Shown here piece after piece: positions 1-9,514 of a stretch of DNA of 49,207 bases. The position numbers were made by a program, and so were the translations under genes. The notes under the pieces were generated by a model. The model did no database searches and was not told the DNA's origin. It saw only the letters and a list, made by a program, of their open reading frames with translations. The stretch is from Candidatus Aegiribacteria sp. Lineage in GTDB: Bacteria; Fermentibacterota; Fermentibacteria; Fermentibacterales; JCC-6. The DNA is taken from assembly GCA_030613065.1 (NCBI GenBank), contig JAUWMQ010000005.1, positions 1 to 49,207 of the forward strand. Reading direction: 5' to 3'. Numbering within the stretch: position 1 is the stretch's first letter; each line of letters opens with the position of its first letter.

Positions 1-2
1 GT

Positions 3-110
3 GAAGCTCAGGAAACCCCCGAGAGAATCCCCCCTAAAATAAAGCTTCTTATCGCTATGCCAGACTTTCCAGAAAAGTTGGTGGCTATGATAAAGAAGGC
101 TATCGCCTGA
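3..110 (+). CDS. 3' end of an ORF running in from outside the window, possibly a transposase
   Basis: Frame 3 is open from the window edge: EAQETPERIPPKIKLLIAMPDFPEKLVAMIKKAIA*. It is followed by a short hairpin (AAATCC-aacc-GGATTT, 115-130). The transposase guess is an impression only. Confidence 0.3.
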   Translation, partial: EAQETPERIPPKIKLLIAMPDFPEKLVAMIKKAIA

Positions 111-303
111 CCCCAAATCCAACCGGATTTTGCGGTAATAGCAATTAACTGATGGATGATTACATATCCATATTAAATTCAGTCTTTTTCCGCTGCTTTT
201 TCTCTGTTCCATTTCGTATGCTGCCGATCCTGTTATGCTGGCGGATTCTCTGTACAGCTTTGAATTATCCTGAACAGCTGAAATCGATTTTGACTGAACG
301 GCT

Positions 304-1116
304 TCAGGCGGTTTCTGATCTGATCCTCTCGATGATAAGCGAAACTACGTAAGCGAATGCCGCGATAAGTATGATTACGGCCCCCGGCGGCAGGTCCAGC
401 ATCCACGCGAGGGAGAGGCCTGCAAGGTTGAACAGTGCTGCCAGGATTGAAGCGAGCAGCATCATTTTCCAGAGGCTGCCGGTGAACATCAAAGCGATAG
501 CGGCGGGAATGGACAGCATCGCTATAACCATGATCAGACCCGTTATCTTCATAAGAAGTACCGCTGTCAGAGCTGTCAGTATCAGGAATAACCCCCTGAT
601 GAGGCTGGTCGGCACTCCCTGTAGCATGCTGAATTCCTGATCGAACGAAACCGAGAGGAATTCCTTGTACAATCCTGTGATTACAAGGAGAATAACTATG
701 TCTAATATGATCGCGAACGTAATATCAGAAGCGGATACCGCAAGCAGACTCCCGAAAAGCCAGCTCATCAGGTCCGCAGAATAGGTTCCTGACAGTTTTA
801 TGAAAACAAGCCCCGCAGCCATACCTGTTGCCCACATAGTTGCCATGGCTGTATCTGTTCTTTCCCGCTTTCTTGAAGATATGACTGCTATGCCGGCAGC
901 TGAAGCTACCGCGACACCGGTCGCTCCCAGCAAGGGGTCGAAACCTGCAAGATACGCGAGGCCAAGGCCTCCGAACGAGGCGTGTGCGATGCTCCCTGCA
1001 AAGGCTGACATTCGGTTAACTGTCACGAGTGTGCCGATTATGCCGCAGGCTATTGATCCAAGAACCGATACGATCAGCGCATTCTGCATGAATGTATAGC
1101 CCAGCGCGTCAATCAT
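304..1116 (-). CDS. znuB: Zn/Mn ABC transporter permease (ZnuB family)
   Basis: Very hydrophobic 270 aa; motifs IAHASFGG, WLFGSLL and SFDQEF typical of ABC-3 permeases; overlaps the ATPase gene by 4 nt. Confidence 0.92.
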   Translation of the reverse strand: MIDALGYTFMQNALIVSVLGSIACGIIGTLVTVNRMSAFAGSIAHASFGGLGLAYLAGFDPLLGATGVAVASAAGIAVISSRKRERTDTAMATMWATGMAAGLVFIKLSGTYSADLMSWLFGSLLAVSASDITFAIILDIVILLVITGLYKEFLSVSFDQEFSMLQGVPTSLIRGLFLILTALTAVLLMKITGLIMVIAMLSIPAAIALMFTGSLWKMMLLASILAALFNLAGLSLAWMLDLPPGAVIILIAAFAYVVSLIIERIRSETA

Positions 1117-1871
1117 GTTTTCGATCCCTTCCCGAGAACCCTGTGGGGAATTCCACCGTGTGAAATCAGTTCGAATGGACAGCCGTAAGCCTTTTCTACT
1201 GATTCAGACGACAGTGTTTCTCCGTGACTAATAATTGTTCTGTTAATGCATGCGATGTTCTTAACATGTGCAGATACAGCGCCCACATCGTGAGTGACAA
1301 GCAGGATCGTCATCGTACTGTTCAGCTCCGCAAGAAGATTGAAAAAACTTTTCTGTGTATCGTGATCAACACTTGCTACAGGCTCATCAAGAAGTAGTAG
1401 CTTCGGATTTCCCGCAAGAGCTCTGGCTATCAGTACCCGCTGCTTCTGGCCCCCTGAAAGAGAGTTCATGTCCAGGTCGGCAAGGTCTCCCACATCAAGC
1501 CTTTCAAGGTTCATTTCAGCTATATTTCTGTCCCTCAGAGTAAATCTGCTGAACAGGCCGGAATCCTTCAGCCTTCCCATTAGAACCACATCCTTTACGG
1601 TAATGGGAAATGATTTCTCAGGTATAAGTTGAGGTACATAGCCGATTTCACAGCGGGTCTTCTCAGGAGATCCGCCAAGGACTACGGCGCTGCCTTCCCA
1701 GGGTGTAATCAGACCCAGGATCACTTTAAGAAGTGTTGTTTTCCCGCCGCCGTTGGGACCTATTACAGCCAGAAAATCGCTCTTCGGGACTGTAAGATCA
1801 ATGTTATGTATGACAGGGCTGCCCCTGCGGTAACCGGCAGTGACGCCGTCAAACCTGATTGCTTCGTTCAT
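1113..1871 (-). CDS. znuC: Zn/Mn ABC transporter ATP-binding protein (ZnuC family)
   Basis: Walker A GPNGGGKTT, signature LSGGQKQR, Walker B LLLLDEP, H-loop VTHD. Confidence 0.93.
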   Translation of the reverse strand: MNEAIRFDGVTAGYRRGSPVIHNIDLTVPKSDFLAVIGPNGGGKTTLLKVILGLITPWEGSAVVLGGSPEKTRCEIGYVPQLIPEKSFPITVKDVVLMGRLKDSGLFSRFTLRDRNIAEMNLERLDVGDLADLDMNSLSGGQKQRVLIARALAGNPKLLLLDEPVASVDHDTQKSFFNLLAELNSTMTILLVTHDVGAVSAHVKNIACINRTIISHGETLSSESVEKAYGCPFELISHGGIPHRVLGKGSKT

Positions 1872-2771
1872 TTAAGGGGTTACCGTTCCGGAAAGCTGTT
1901 CCGCCACATAATAGAGATTACTCTTCCAGTCCTCTGCAAGGGGGTCTATATAACTTACCTCAACGCCGATCTCCGTTGCGATGGCTTCCGCTGAGGAAGT
2001 GCTGAACTGCGGAGAGACAAAAATCGCAAGTATATCGTTCTCCCTGGCGTAATCGACAAGCCTGGACATTTCCCGAGGTGATGGTTCGCTGCCTGCTGTC
2101 TCAATCGGTATCTGAACAAGACCGAATTCATCGGCGAAATACCCCCAGGCTGGATGGAAGACAATGAAGCTTCTTGAGGATGAAGAACCGATCAATGAGC
2201 GGATACTCTTCTGAAGGGAATCGATCTCCGTGTAAAAACCATTCAGGTTTATCATGTATTCATCCGCTTTTAATGTATCAAGCAGTGAGAGTTCCTCGGC
2301 GATTACTGCCGCCTGGCTCCGGACCAGTTCCGGTGAAAGCCATACATGCGGATCCAGGGAGCCGTGTCCATGATGCTCAGATGATGTATCATGACCGGTA
2401 ACTGTGTACCTGTTGATGGGAAGTCTTTCGATGTTCTCTATAGTGCTTCTGACCCTCAGGTCAGGGTTGGTGCCTGTGAACCTTGGAAGCCATGGGGATT
2501 CAAAAGGAACTCCAACTGTGAACCATACGTCTACACTGCTCATGTCCCTCATGTCCGATGGTGACGGTTCGTAAGTGGCGGGATTTGCCCCTGGGGGTAC
2601 GACAACTACAATGTCAATTGAATCGCCTGCTATCATCTCCACGAAATACTTCTGCGGTAGTACGCTAACGGCTACTTTCAATTTTTCCCCTTCACCTGCG
2701 GATGCTCCTCCGCAACCCGATTGAAGAAGTACTGACAGAAAGGTAAGAGATGTCAGACAACCTGTGGTCAT
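1872..2771 (-). CDS. znuA: Zn ABC transporter substrate-binding lipoprotein (ZnuA family)
   Basis: Lipobox LQSGC; PATYEPSP, His-rich loop EHHGHGSLDPHVW, FHPAWGY. Start placed at ATG 2771 (ATGA overlap with the regulator stop); the ORF track gives 2786. Confidence 0.9.
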   Translation of the reverse strand: MTTGCLTSLTFLSVLLQSGCGGASAGEGEKLKVAVSVLPQKYFVEMIAGDSIDIVVVVPPGANPATYEPSPSDMRDMSSVDVWFTVGVPFESPWLPRFTGTNPDLRVRSTIENIERLPINRYTVTGHDTSSEHHGHGSLDPHVWLSPELVRSQAAVIAEELSLLDTLKADEYMINLNGFYTEIDSLQKSIRSLIGSSSSRSFIVFHPAWGYFADEFGLVQIPIETAGSEPSPREMSRLVDYARENDILAIFVSPQFSTSSAEAIATEIGVEVSYIDPLAEDWKSNLYYVAEQLSGTVTP

Positions 2772-3193
2772 TCTACTGCTGCGCATTTACTGCATTTCCC
2801 TTCAAGGAAGAAATCCGAATTTACTATTTGAAAGCTGCACGTGTTTTCAACCATTTTAATGAAATCGTCCGGGAGCTTGCAGGAAACCGGGAATCTTTTC
2901 CCACACTTCTCGCATTTGAAGTGGCCATGGTCGGGGTAGAAAGATCTGGAACACCGGTAACGCAGATTACCTTCGAAGCTTCTATCAGGCCTGAGAAAAC
3001 CGATTTGCTCCAGGGAACCGAGACACCGGTGAACTGTTGATATATGAGGACTGCAAGACAGTCTGTCATGAACATCTCTTGCGGAAAGGCCACAGGCACC
3101 ATTAATGAATAGCTCAACCACCTGTTTTTTGAGGGGGGTGATTCTCAGCCCCCTGTCTCTCAGTTTATTCAAGATACCTGCGGAATTCATCAT
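2768..3193 (-). CDS. zur: Fur-family transcriptional repressor, probably Zur
   Basis: RGLRITP...STVHRCL helix-turn-helix, HGHF, two CxxC motifs (CEKC, CSKC); AAGGA RBS before ATG 3193; heads the znuACB operon. The ORF-track extension to 3583 overlaps yggS and is not real. Confidence 0.82.
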   Translation of the reverse strand: MMNSAGILNKLRDRGLRITPLKKQVVELFINGACGLSARDVHDRLSCSPHISTVHRCLGSLEQIGFLRPDRSFEGNLRYRCSRSFYPDHGHFKCEKCGKRFPVSCKLPDDFIKMVENTCSFQIVNSDFFLEGKCSKCAAVE

Positions 3194-3203
3194 CTTTTCC
3201 TTA

Positions 3204-3220
3204 ATGCGAAACAGTTGCAA
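3204..3220. promoter_or_regulatory. Candidate Zur operator
   Basis: Imperfect palindrome ATGCGAA-ACA-GTTGCAA just upstream of the zur RBS; resembles the TGCAAC-N3-GTTGCA type of Zur box (recalled, not computed). Confidence 0.5.
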
Positions 3221-3280
3221 TAATATGTACAGCATGCAGTGTGACAGCAAGCTTACCTTTACCCATATTTCTCCCTGGAG

Positions 3281-3988
3281 GTGAACGTGATTACTTCTGT
3301 TCAGACTATTGAAAACAATCTTCAGACTGCTGTGGAGCTGGTCGAGAATGCTCTCAATTCCTGCGGGGAGAGCGACCGTACGGTCGCAATAATGGCAGTC
3401 ACGAAAACACATCCTGTAGAAGTCGCAAAGATGGCTATCGAAGCCGGCATCGCGCTCCTCGGAGAAAATCGAGTCAGTGAGGGGGGACGCAAAATAAAAG
3501 CGCTGGGAAAGGCTGCTGCTGAATTTCATATGATCGGCCCCATACATACGGGAGAGGTTCGGCAGGCCGTACGGGATTTTCACTGGATAGATTCCGTTGG
3601 TAGATTGAAAATCGCCAGAGAAATAGCTCGAAAAACGGTTTCAAGAGGAGAGGAGCAGCCTGGTATCCTTGTAGAGGTGAATACATCCGGAGAAGAATCC
3701 AAACATGGCTTCAATCCAGACTATCACGAGCTCTGTGACGTTCTGGGTGAGATCAGTGAAACCGGTCTGCGTATTTCAGGATTGATGACGGTAGGGCCCC
3801 TTGGAGGAAGCGAACTGGATACCTCTGAAGCCTTCGCTCTTCTCAGGCAGCTCAGGGACCGTCTTGAAAGCAGCTCTGATTATGACCTCTCCGAACTTTC
3901 CATGGGGATGAGTGATGATTTCGTACTCGCGGTTAAAGAAGGGGCAACAACCATCAGGCTCGGCAGATACCTTTTCGGTCAAAGGTAG
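3281..3988 (+). CDS. yggS: PLP homeostasis protein (YggS/PROSC family)
   Basis: MAVTKT (PLP lysine), GENRV, HMIGP, GLMT, LSMGMSDDF, GATTIRLGRYLFG. Confidence 0.93.
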   Translation: MNVITSVQTIENNLQTAVELVENALNSCGESDRTVAIMAVTKTHPVEVAKMAIEAGIALLGENRVSEGGRKIKALGKAAAEFHMIGPIHTGEVRQAVRDFHWIDSVGRLKIAREIARKTVSRGEEQPGILVEVNTSGEESKHGFNPDYHELCDVLGEISETGLRISGLMTVGPLGGSELDTSEAFALLRQLRDRLESSSDYDLSELSMGMSDDFVLAVKEGATTIRLGRYLFGQR

Positions 3989-4099
3989 ACTCCTGAATAT
4001 GGAATTGACTTCAAATGAACAATAATTATCATTTATATATGTGTATACTCGAACACAGGGGGTCAGTTTCCCTGATCTCAGCGGAAATGGAGAATCACC

Positions 4100-4633
4100 G
4101 TGCGTATTACACCTCTTGATATTAGAAGACAGAATTTTCGCAAAACCATGAGAGGTTACGATGTAGATGAGGTTGAGGCGTTCCTTGAAATGGTCGCGTC
4201 CGCCTGGGAGGAACTTGTCGATAACCTTGAGAATGCTGAGAAAGAATTGATCGTCCTAAGAACCAGAGCAGCGGATTTTGACCGGATGGAAGGCGCTGTA
4301 AGGGATGTACTTGTACAACAGCAGCAGAGCGCTGCGCAGGCAAGAAAGGAAGCTGACCGAGAGGCTGAGCTTATTATCATGGATGCCGAGGTTAAATCAT
4401 CCAATCTTGTATCCGAAGCCAGGGAAAGGGTTCAGGTTCTGACTGAAACTATCCGTGAGCTGCAGGATAGAAGACTGTCAGTGCTGTCGCAGATAAGGTC
4501 ATTCGTTGATTCTCACAGAAAAATGCTGGATCTTGAGGAGGAAAGAATTAAATCAGAAATGATCCCTGATGAAGAAAGACTGCCCGGTGAAGAGGATGGC
4601 GACGTTCCCATACTTGAATTAACGGAGCTCTAG
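4100..4633 (+). CDS. divIVA: DivIVA-domain coiled-coil protein
   Basis: N-terminal ITPLDI..QNF..MRGYDVDEVEAFL signature followed by a coiled coil; GGAG RBS before the GTG start. Confidence 0.88.
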   Translation: MRITPLDIRRQNFRKTMRGYDVDEVEAFLEMVASAWEELVDNLENAEKELIVLRTRAADFDRMEGAVRDVLVQQQQSAAQARKEADREAELIIMDAEVKSSNLVSEARERVQVLTETIRELQDRRLSVLSQIRSFVDSHRKMLDLEEERIKSEMIPDEERLPGEEDGDVPILELTEL

Positions 4634-4635
4634 AA

Positions 4636-7600
4636 ATGTCTGTCCTGCTCATTTTACTGCTAGGCTTAAACTCCATTTCATCTCCCTCAAGGCAGGCAAG
4701 CGATACGCCGGTACAGGTGGGAACATCCTCAACATTTCTCACATGGGTGTGTTCTGGGGTAGAGCCGATTGAATGGCTGCCGGAGGGCCTGACAGGTTAT
4801 TACGCGGACAACTGCGGCTTATCCGGATCTTCAGGTTCCGTACTGCTGCCAGGGGCGAACCTGTTTTTCGCGATACCACCTGGTGTTGAGCCGGAGCTGG
4901 AGATTATTCCCGAGGGGGTTCGTTACCTTTCGGGAGGTACCGTATCGAGCGTAAGTGTATCGTCAGACGGAATAGACATGTTTGATGCGGCAGCCGTTGA
5001 AGATATCCCGCGAACGTGGGGTCAGATAAAAGGTACCGGAACATTCAGAAGAGCAGGCTACGCTCATATTCAGCTGTATCCTGTAATAAGCCGTAATGGT
5101 GCTCTTTATACAGCCGACAGGTTCCAGGTACGCTTGAATTATCCCGATGCCGGACCATCGGTTTCCGCATCAGGGGTAAGCGGCACCATATTCGATGCCC
5201 TGTTCGAAGGTGGAAATCAGATATGGAAAACTCCTGAAGAAAGAATTGATTCAAGCCCCTTCTGGGGTCTTCCCTGGTATGCCCTGGATATTGATACGGC
5301 AGGAGTATACTGTATTACCGGAGCTGATATCCCTTTGGCGGATGGTACTTCATCGGCCAGTCTTTCGCTGTTCTGCGGCAGAGGACGCGAAATGGGGGAG
5401 GAACCCTGGCTGGATGAGTATATCCCAAGGCCTGTTCCAATATTGGTTGATGACGGTGGAGACGGTGTCTTCAATTCAGGAGACAGACTATTCTTCTTCG
5501 GAAGAGGGCTGGCATGGTGGGAACCCACCAATGACAGTCTTCCTGCCCACTTTAATCACAGGTTTGCAACCAGTAACACCTACTGGCTGACATGGGGCGG
5601 GGAAGACGGAGCCAGGATGAATGTTCAGAACGGGGAACTGACCGGTGCTCCGGCAATGCCCGACAGTTTTCTGTCAAGGCAGCATCTGGAACAAAACCAT
5701 ACCAGAACCCGTGGAATCGTAAATCTGTCGGATGACTGGGCATGGATCCTGTCCGAAGGCAGTTCTGACACCTGGCATTACCTTAATTTTGATGCTCCGG
5801 AGGCTGAAGGCAGCGCTCTCCTGAAGATTAAACTGATTTCAAACGTCGGTATCAGGCATCGCATCAGAATACTGCTGAATGGAACCGCAGTGTGCGATAC
5901 AACCTGGGACGATACAGGTGTATTCATGCCCACTGTGCCCATGGATGGGATTCTGGATTCGGGGAACTTGCTCGCCCTGGAATTAATAAGGATGTCAGGG
6001 AGTGATACGGTTTTCCTTGACTGGTTTGAAGTCTTCAGCTGGACTGATAATTCGCTTTCGGGTCAGGTTCAGGTACCCCTGGAATGGTGGCCTGTTTACG
6101 ATCGTCAGGAATTCACATGGGGAAATGATCTCAGTGATGCCCTGGTTTTCCTGGTGAGTGGTGATACACTTGCGGAGAACATCAGTGTTGACGACCCGCA
6201 TCAGTTCGAATTTGAAGTGCCTGTTTCCTGGGAGGCCAGGGAACTCTGGATCTCAGATTACGGTGATATGCGCTCTCCTGCAGAAGTACGGTATGAATCA
6301 CCGGGCAGGATCATCGGATCCCTGAATGGTGCCCGGTGCCTCTTCGTTGCGGCAGATGAGTTTTTCAATGACATAACCCCGCTGACGCAGCTGAGCGGAG
6401 ATCTGATCGCGGTCAGAGCTTCAGAGGTTTACAACGAATTCAACGGGGGTGTAAGAGATCCCCGGGCAATACAGGCGATGGTTTCAAATATCATCGATTC
6501 CTGGCACACGATACCGGAAAACCTGATTCTTGTAGGGGGCGGCAACTGGGATCCGCTCAATTTCGTTTCCAGCAAGATCTCTTACATTGATATTCTATAC
6601 ATAAGTAAATACTCAATATTTGTGTCGGATGATAAGTTTTCGATAGTTGAGGGATCCCATCTTCCTCAGATAGCGCTATCCAGAATGGGGATAACCAACC
6701 GTTCGGACCTGCAGCTGCTGGTCGACAGGAGTCTTTCATACCGCAGCAGCGAAAACTGCGGGGAATGGCAGACCGTTGTTCTGGGTGCTGCCGACGATGA
6801 GCGGTCACCTGAGGGCGGGGATGACGAAAGGTATCATACACAGAGTGTTGAGAGGCTATTGACTGATCATCTTCCCGATGTGCTTCGCCCCGAAAAGCTC
6901 TATCTTATTCTCTACAATTGGAACAGTTTATGGAAGAAACCCGAGGCACGGCTGGATTACATAGACCTCTGGAGCGAAGGGGCGCTTGTCTCACTCTACC
7001 TTGGACATGGCGGCTATGACCAGCTGGCGGACGAAGGTCTTCTCTACCTTGAAGACAGCGGGCTCCTTGCGTGTGAGAAGCGGCTTCCAGTGGCTCTTTT
7101 CGGTTCCTGCGATGTCGGGCAGTTTCAGAATCCTTCGTCCGAATGCCTGGCTCAGCAGGTCACAACTTCTCAGGCGGGGGGAGCGATACTCGGCCTTGGA
7201 GCCACGGGCTTAACATCCGGTCCCCAAAACGAAATTTTTGTAGCCTATATTCTGGATAACTTTTTCAGTGAACCGGATCTTTCGGTGGGCATGTGCGCAA
7301 TGCTCGGGAAGATCAGTGCGGGTTACAACTCTAATATGGCCAAGTACATACTTTTTGGCGACGGAAGCCTCAAGCTTGCTTTCCCCTGGGATTCGTTCAG
7401 CGTCTCTAGCGATACTGTTTTTGCGGGGGAAGAAGTTACTCTCACCGGCACGGCACCTTCTGATGGCATTATTTTCGTTGAATCATGGGAATCGTGCCGG
7501 CCGGATACACACTACACTTTAGGCTCTCATTTACCTATTGAATACCTGTCAGTTCCAGGTAGATTCTATTCCGGTACGGTTTACGCTGAACCAGGTTACA

Positions 7601-8382
7601 GCGCGAGCATGTTCGTACCGGTAGACAGTGATACAGGAGCCCTGGCCAGAACCCAGCTTACATTCCTCAGCAGCAACGGCTTTGCAGCTGCTTCAACCTA
7701 CCCCGCAATGCTTTTGTTGGGAAATCCCCTTCCGGATAACGAGGGCCCCTCGATAGAACTCTGGGTCGAGGGATACCGGAACGCAACTAATCCTGAGATC
7801 TCAGGCGATATTAATGTCAGGGCCATTCTTTCGGACAGTTCCGGCATTAACCTTCTGGGTAATGTGGGCCGTCAGCTTGCTCTTTATGTGGATGGCACAG
7901 CTGATGATGTTTCTGACTGTTTTCAGTATCACAACGGTTCAAGTACTACTGGTGAACTCAGGGTTGGAATCGGTGTTCTTGAACCCGGGGGCCATATCAT
8001 TCAGTTAAGAGCGTCAGACGGACTCCTGAATTCAACCATTGTCGAGATAGAGATCACCGTAACCGAGGATAATTCATTCGGGATCAGTGGTGTATTTCCT
8101 TATCCGAATCCATGTAACGACGGCACATCCATAAACTGGACACAGTCATCACCTGGAAAGGTTGATATTTCTGTATACACGATTGCCGGTAGAAGGCTGA
8201 TTTTGTTCGGGAACATTGAAGGAACAGACGGATATAACCAGTGCTGGTGGGACTGCAGAGATGTAGATGGAGATGCAGTGGCCAGCGGAACGTATATCTT
8301 TGTTGTATCTGCTGCTTCGATTTCCGATACTGGAGAGAATTCAGAGGCTACAGGAATAATAGCAGTTGTACGTAACCAGTAA
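4636..8382 (+). CDS. porU: C25 (gingipain-family) cysteine protease, PorU sortase-like, with a C-terminal T9SS type A/FlgD-like domain
   Basis: N-terminal hydrophobic signal; C25 features VYNEFNGG, YLGHGG (His), FGSCDVG (Cys), YILFGD; PorU-like DNEGPSI...DSSGINL segment; C-terminal YPNP...SVYTIAGR...WDCRD..G..VASGTYIF. Confidence 0.8.
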   Translation: MSVLLILLLGLNSISSPSRQASDTPVQVGTSSTFLTWVCSGVEPIEWLPEGLTGYYADNCGLSGSSGSVLLPGANLFFAIPPGVEPELEIIPEGVRYLSGGTVSSVSVSSDGIDMFDAAAVEDIPRTWGQIKGTGTFRRAGYAHIQLYPVISRNGALYTADRFQVRLNYPDAGPSVSASGVSGTIFDALFEGGNQIWKTPEERIDSSPFWGLPWYALDIDTAGVYCITGADIPLADGTSSASLSLFCGRGREMGEEPWLDEYIPRPVPILVDDGGDGVFNSGDRLFFFGRGLAWWEPTNDSLPAHFNHRFATSNTYWLTWGGEDGARMNVQNGELTGAPAMPDSFLSRQHLEQNHTRTRGIVNLSDDWAWILSEGSSDTWHYLNFDAPEAEGSALLKIKLISNVGIRHRIRILLNGTAVCDTTWDDTGVFMPTVPMDGILDSGNLLALELIRMSGSDTVFLDWFEVFSWTDNSLSGQVQVPLEWWPVYDRQEFTWGNDLSDALVFLVSGDTLAENISVDDPHQFEFEVPVSWEARELWISDYGDMRSPAEVRYESPGRIIGSLNGARCLFVAADEFFNDITPLTQLSGDLIAVRASEVYNEFNGGVRDPRAIQAMVSNIIDSWHTIPENLILVGGGNWDPLNFVSSKISYIDILYISKYSIFVSDDKFSIVEGSHLPQIALSRMGITNRSDLQLLVDRSLSYRSSENCGEWQTVVLGAADDERSPEGGDDERYHTQSVERLLTDHLPDVLRPEKLYLILYNWNSLWKKPEARLDYIDLWSEGALVSLYLGHGGYDQLADEGLLYLEDSGLLACEKRLPVALFGSCDVGQFQNPSSECLAQQVTTSQAGGAILGLGATGLTSGPQNEIFVAYILDNFFSEPDLSVGMCAMLGKISAGYNSNMAKYILFGDGSLKLAFPWDSFSVSSDTVFAGEEVTLTGTAPSDGIIFVESWESCRPDTHYTLGSHLPIEYLSVPGRFYSGTVYAEPGYSASMFVPVDSDTGALARTQLTFLSSNGFAAASTYPAMLLLGNPLPDNEGPSIELWVEGYRNATNPEISGDINVRAILSDSSGINLLGNVGRQLALYVDGTADDVSDCFQYHNGSSTTGELRVGIGVLEPGGHIIQLRASDGLLNSTIVEIEITVTEDNSFGISGVFPYPNPCNDGTSINWTQSSPGKVDISVYTIAGRRLILFGNIEGTDGYNQCWWDCRDVDGDAVASGTYIFVVSAASISDTGENSEATGIIAVVRNQ

Positions 8383-8418
8383 CTGGTAATGATGCTGGCT
8401 GTGGTAATGATGCTGCCT
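8383..8418 (+). repeat. Tandem 18-bp direct repeat, 2 copies
   Basis: CTGGTAATGATGCTGGCT / GTGGTAATGATGCTGCCT, immediately after the C25 gene stop. Confidence 0.6.
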
Positions 8419-8503
8419 GACAGTTGGTCGGGATTGAAAAACCAAGCAGATGTAAATGATATGGATGATCCGGAAGAGCTTCCGGTTTAAAGCAGGAGGA
8501 ACA

Positions 8504-9508
8504 ATGAATAAAGGACTTCTTTTAATTACCATGATTCTTGCCCTGGCTTCGGTCTCGTTCGCTTCTACAGCAAGTGTTATCTGGATGACAATAACTCCGG
8601 GTGCACGCCCGAATGGTATGGGTGAAGCTTTTACTGCTCTGGCCAACGATGCAACCGCGTCGTACTGGAATCCGGCGGGGCTGGCTTTCGTCGACACCAC
8701 CGGAAATGAACTTACCCTGCAGCACAGCAACTGGCTTCCCCAGCTGGCTGATGACCTGTACTACGAGTTTCTGGGTTACGCCACGAACATTGAAGGGTGG
8801 GGCGGTGTTGGAGGGAACATCACTTTCATGTCAATGGGTGAACAGCTGGAAACGACCGAATCGGGACAGGAACTTGGATCATTCTATTCGTATGGTATCG
8901 CCCTGACTGGTTCCTTCGGAACCGAAGTGGCTCCCGGCGTTGCTGTGGGACTGGGTCTGAAATTCATTTACGATCATCTCTACTACAAGGATGAGGGCAA
9001 AGGTACGTCCTTCGCGGCTGACCTTGGAGTGCTGTACCATCTACCCATGGAGGCGCTCGGGCTTGAAAGCGCTGGTCAGGTGAACATAGGTGCGAGTCTG
9101 ACAAACCTTGGACCCAATGTAAGCTACGGGGGCAATGCCGAGAATAATCCCCTTCCGCGAACCATCAGAATGGGAATTGCCTACATCCCATTTGATTCTC
9201 ATCTGACACGTCTCAGGTGTACTGCAGATTACAGCAAGCTTCTGACCAACGTCGATGAAGGAATGGCAACGGAGTTCAACGAGAACAAATGGGGAGCCGG
9301 AGCCGAGTTCTGGTATTACGACCTTCTGGCTCTCAGGGCAGGATTCATCCACGACACGGAGGGCATTTCAACTATCCAGGGACCTACCTTCGGCGCAGGA
9401 CTTCAGTATGCCGGTTTCCAGCTTGATATGGCCTTCATACCCGTAGAGGAGAATCTGCAGGGTTCAGGGAAGTACAATTCCAAATACTCCCTTTCCGTAA
9501 GGTTCTAG
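8504..9508 (+). CDS. porV: PorV/PorQ-family outer-membrane beta-barrel (T9SS cargo shuttle-like)
   Basis: ITPGARPNGMGEAFTALANDATASYWNPAGL and HSNWLP are characteristic PorV-family N-terminal motifs; ends in ...LSVRF; AGGAGG RBS before ATG 8504. Confidence 0.85.
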   Translation: MNKGLLLITMILALASVSFASTASVIWMTITPGARPNGMGEAFTALANDATASYWNPAGLAFVDTTGNELTLQHSNWLPQLADDLYYEFLGYATNIEGWGGVGGNITFMSMGEQLETTESGQELGSFYSYGIALTGSFGTEVAPGVAVGLGLKFIYDHLYYKDEGKGTSFAADLGVLYHLPMEALGLESAGQVNIGASLTNLGPNVSYGGNAENNPLPRTIRMGIAYIPFDSHLTRLRCTADYSKLLTNVDEGMATEFNENKWGAGAEFWYYDLLALRAGFIHDTEGISTIQGPTFGAGLQYAGFQLDMAFIPVEENLQGSGKYNSKYSLSVRF

Positions 9509-9514
9509 ATAAAA

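Noticed and set aside
3194-3583. N-terminal 130-aa extension of the Fur-family ORF
   Set aside because: Overlaps yggS on the opposite strand; the Fur domain and an RBS begin at 3193.
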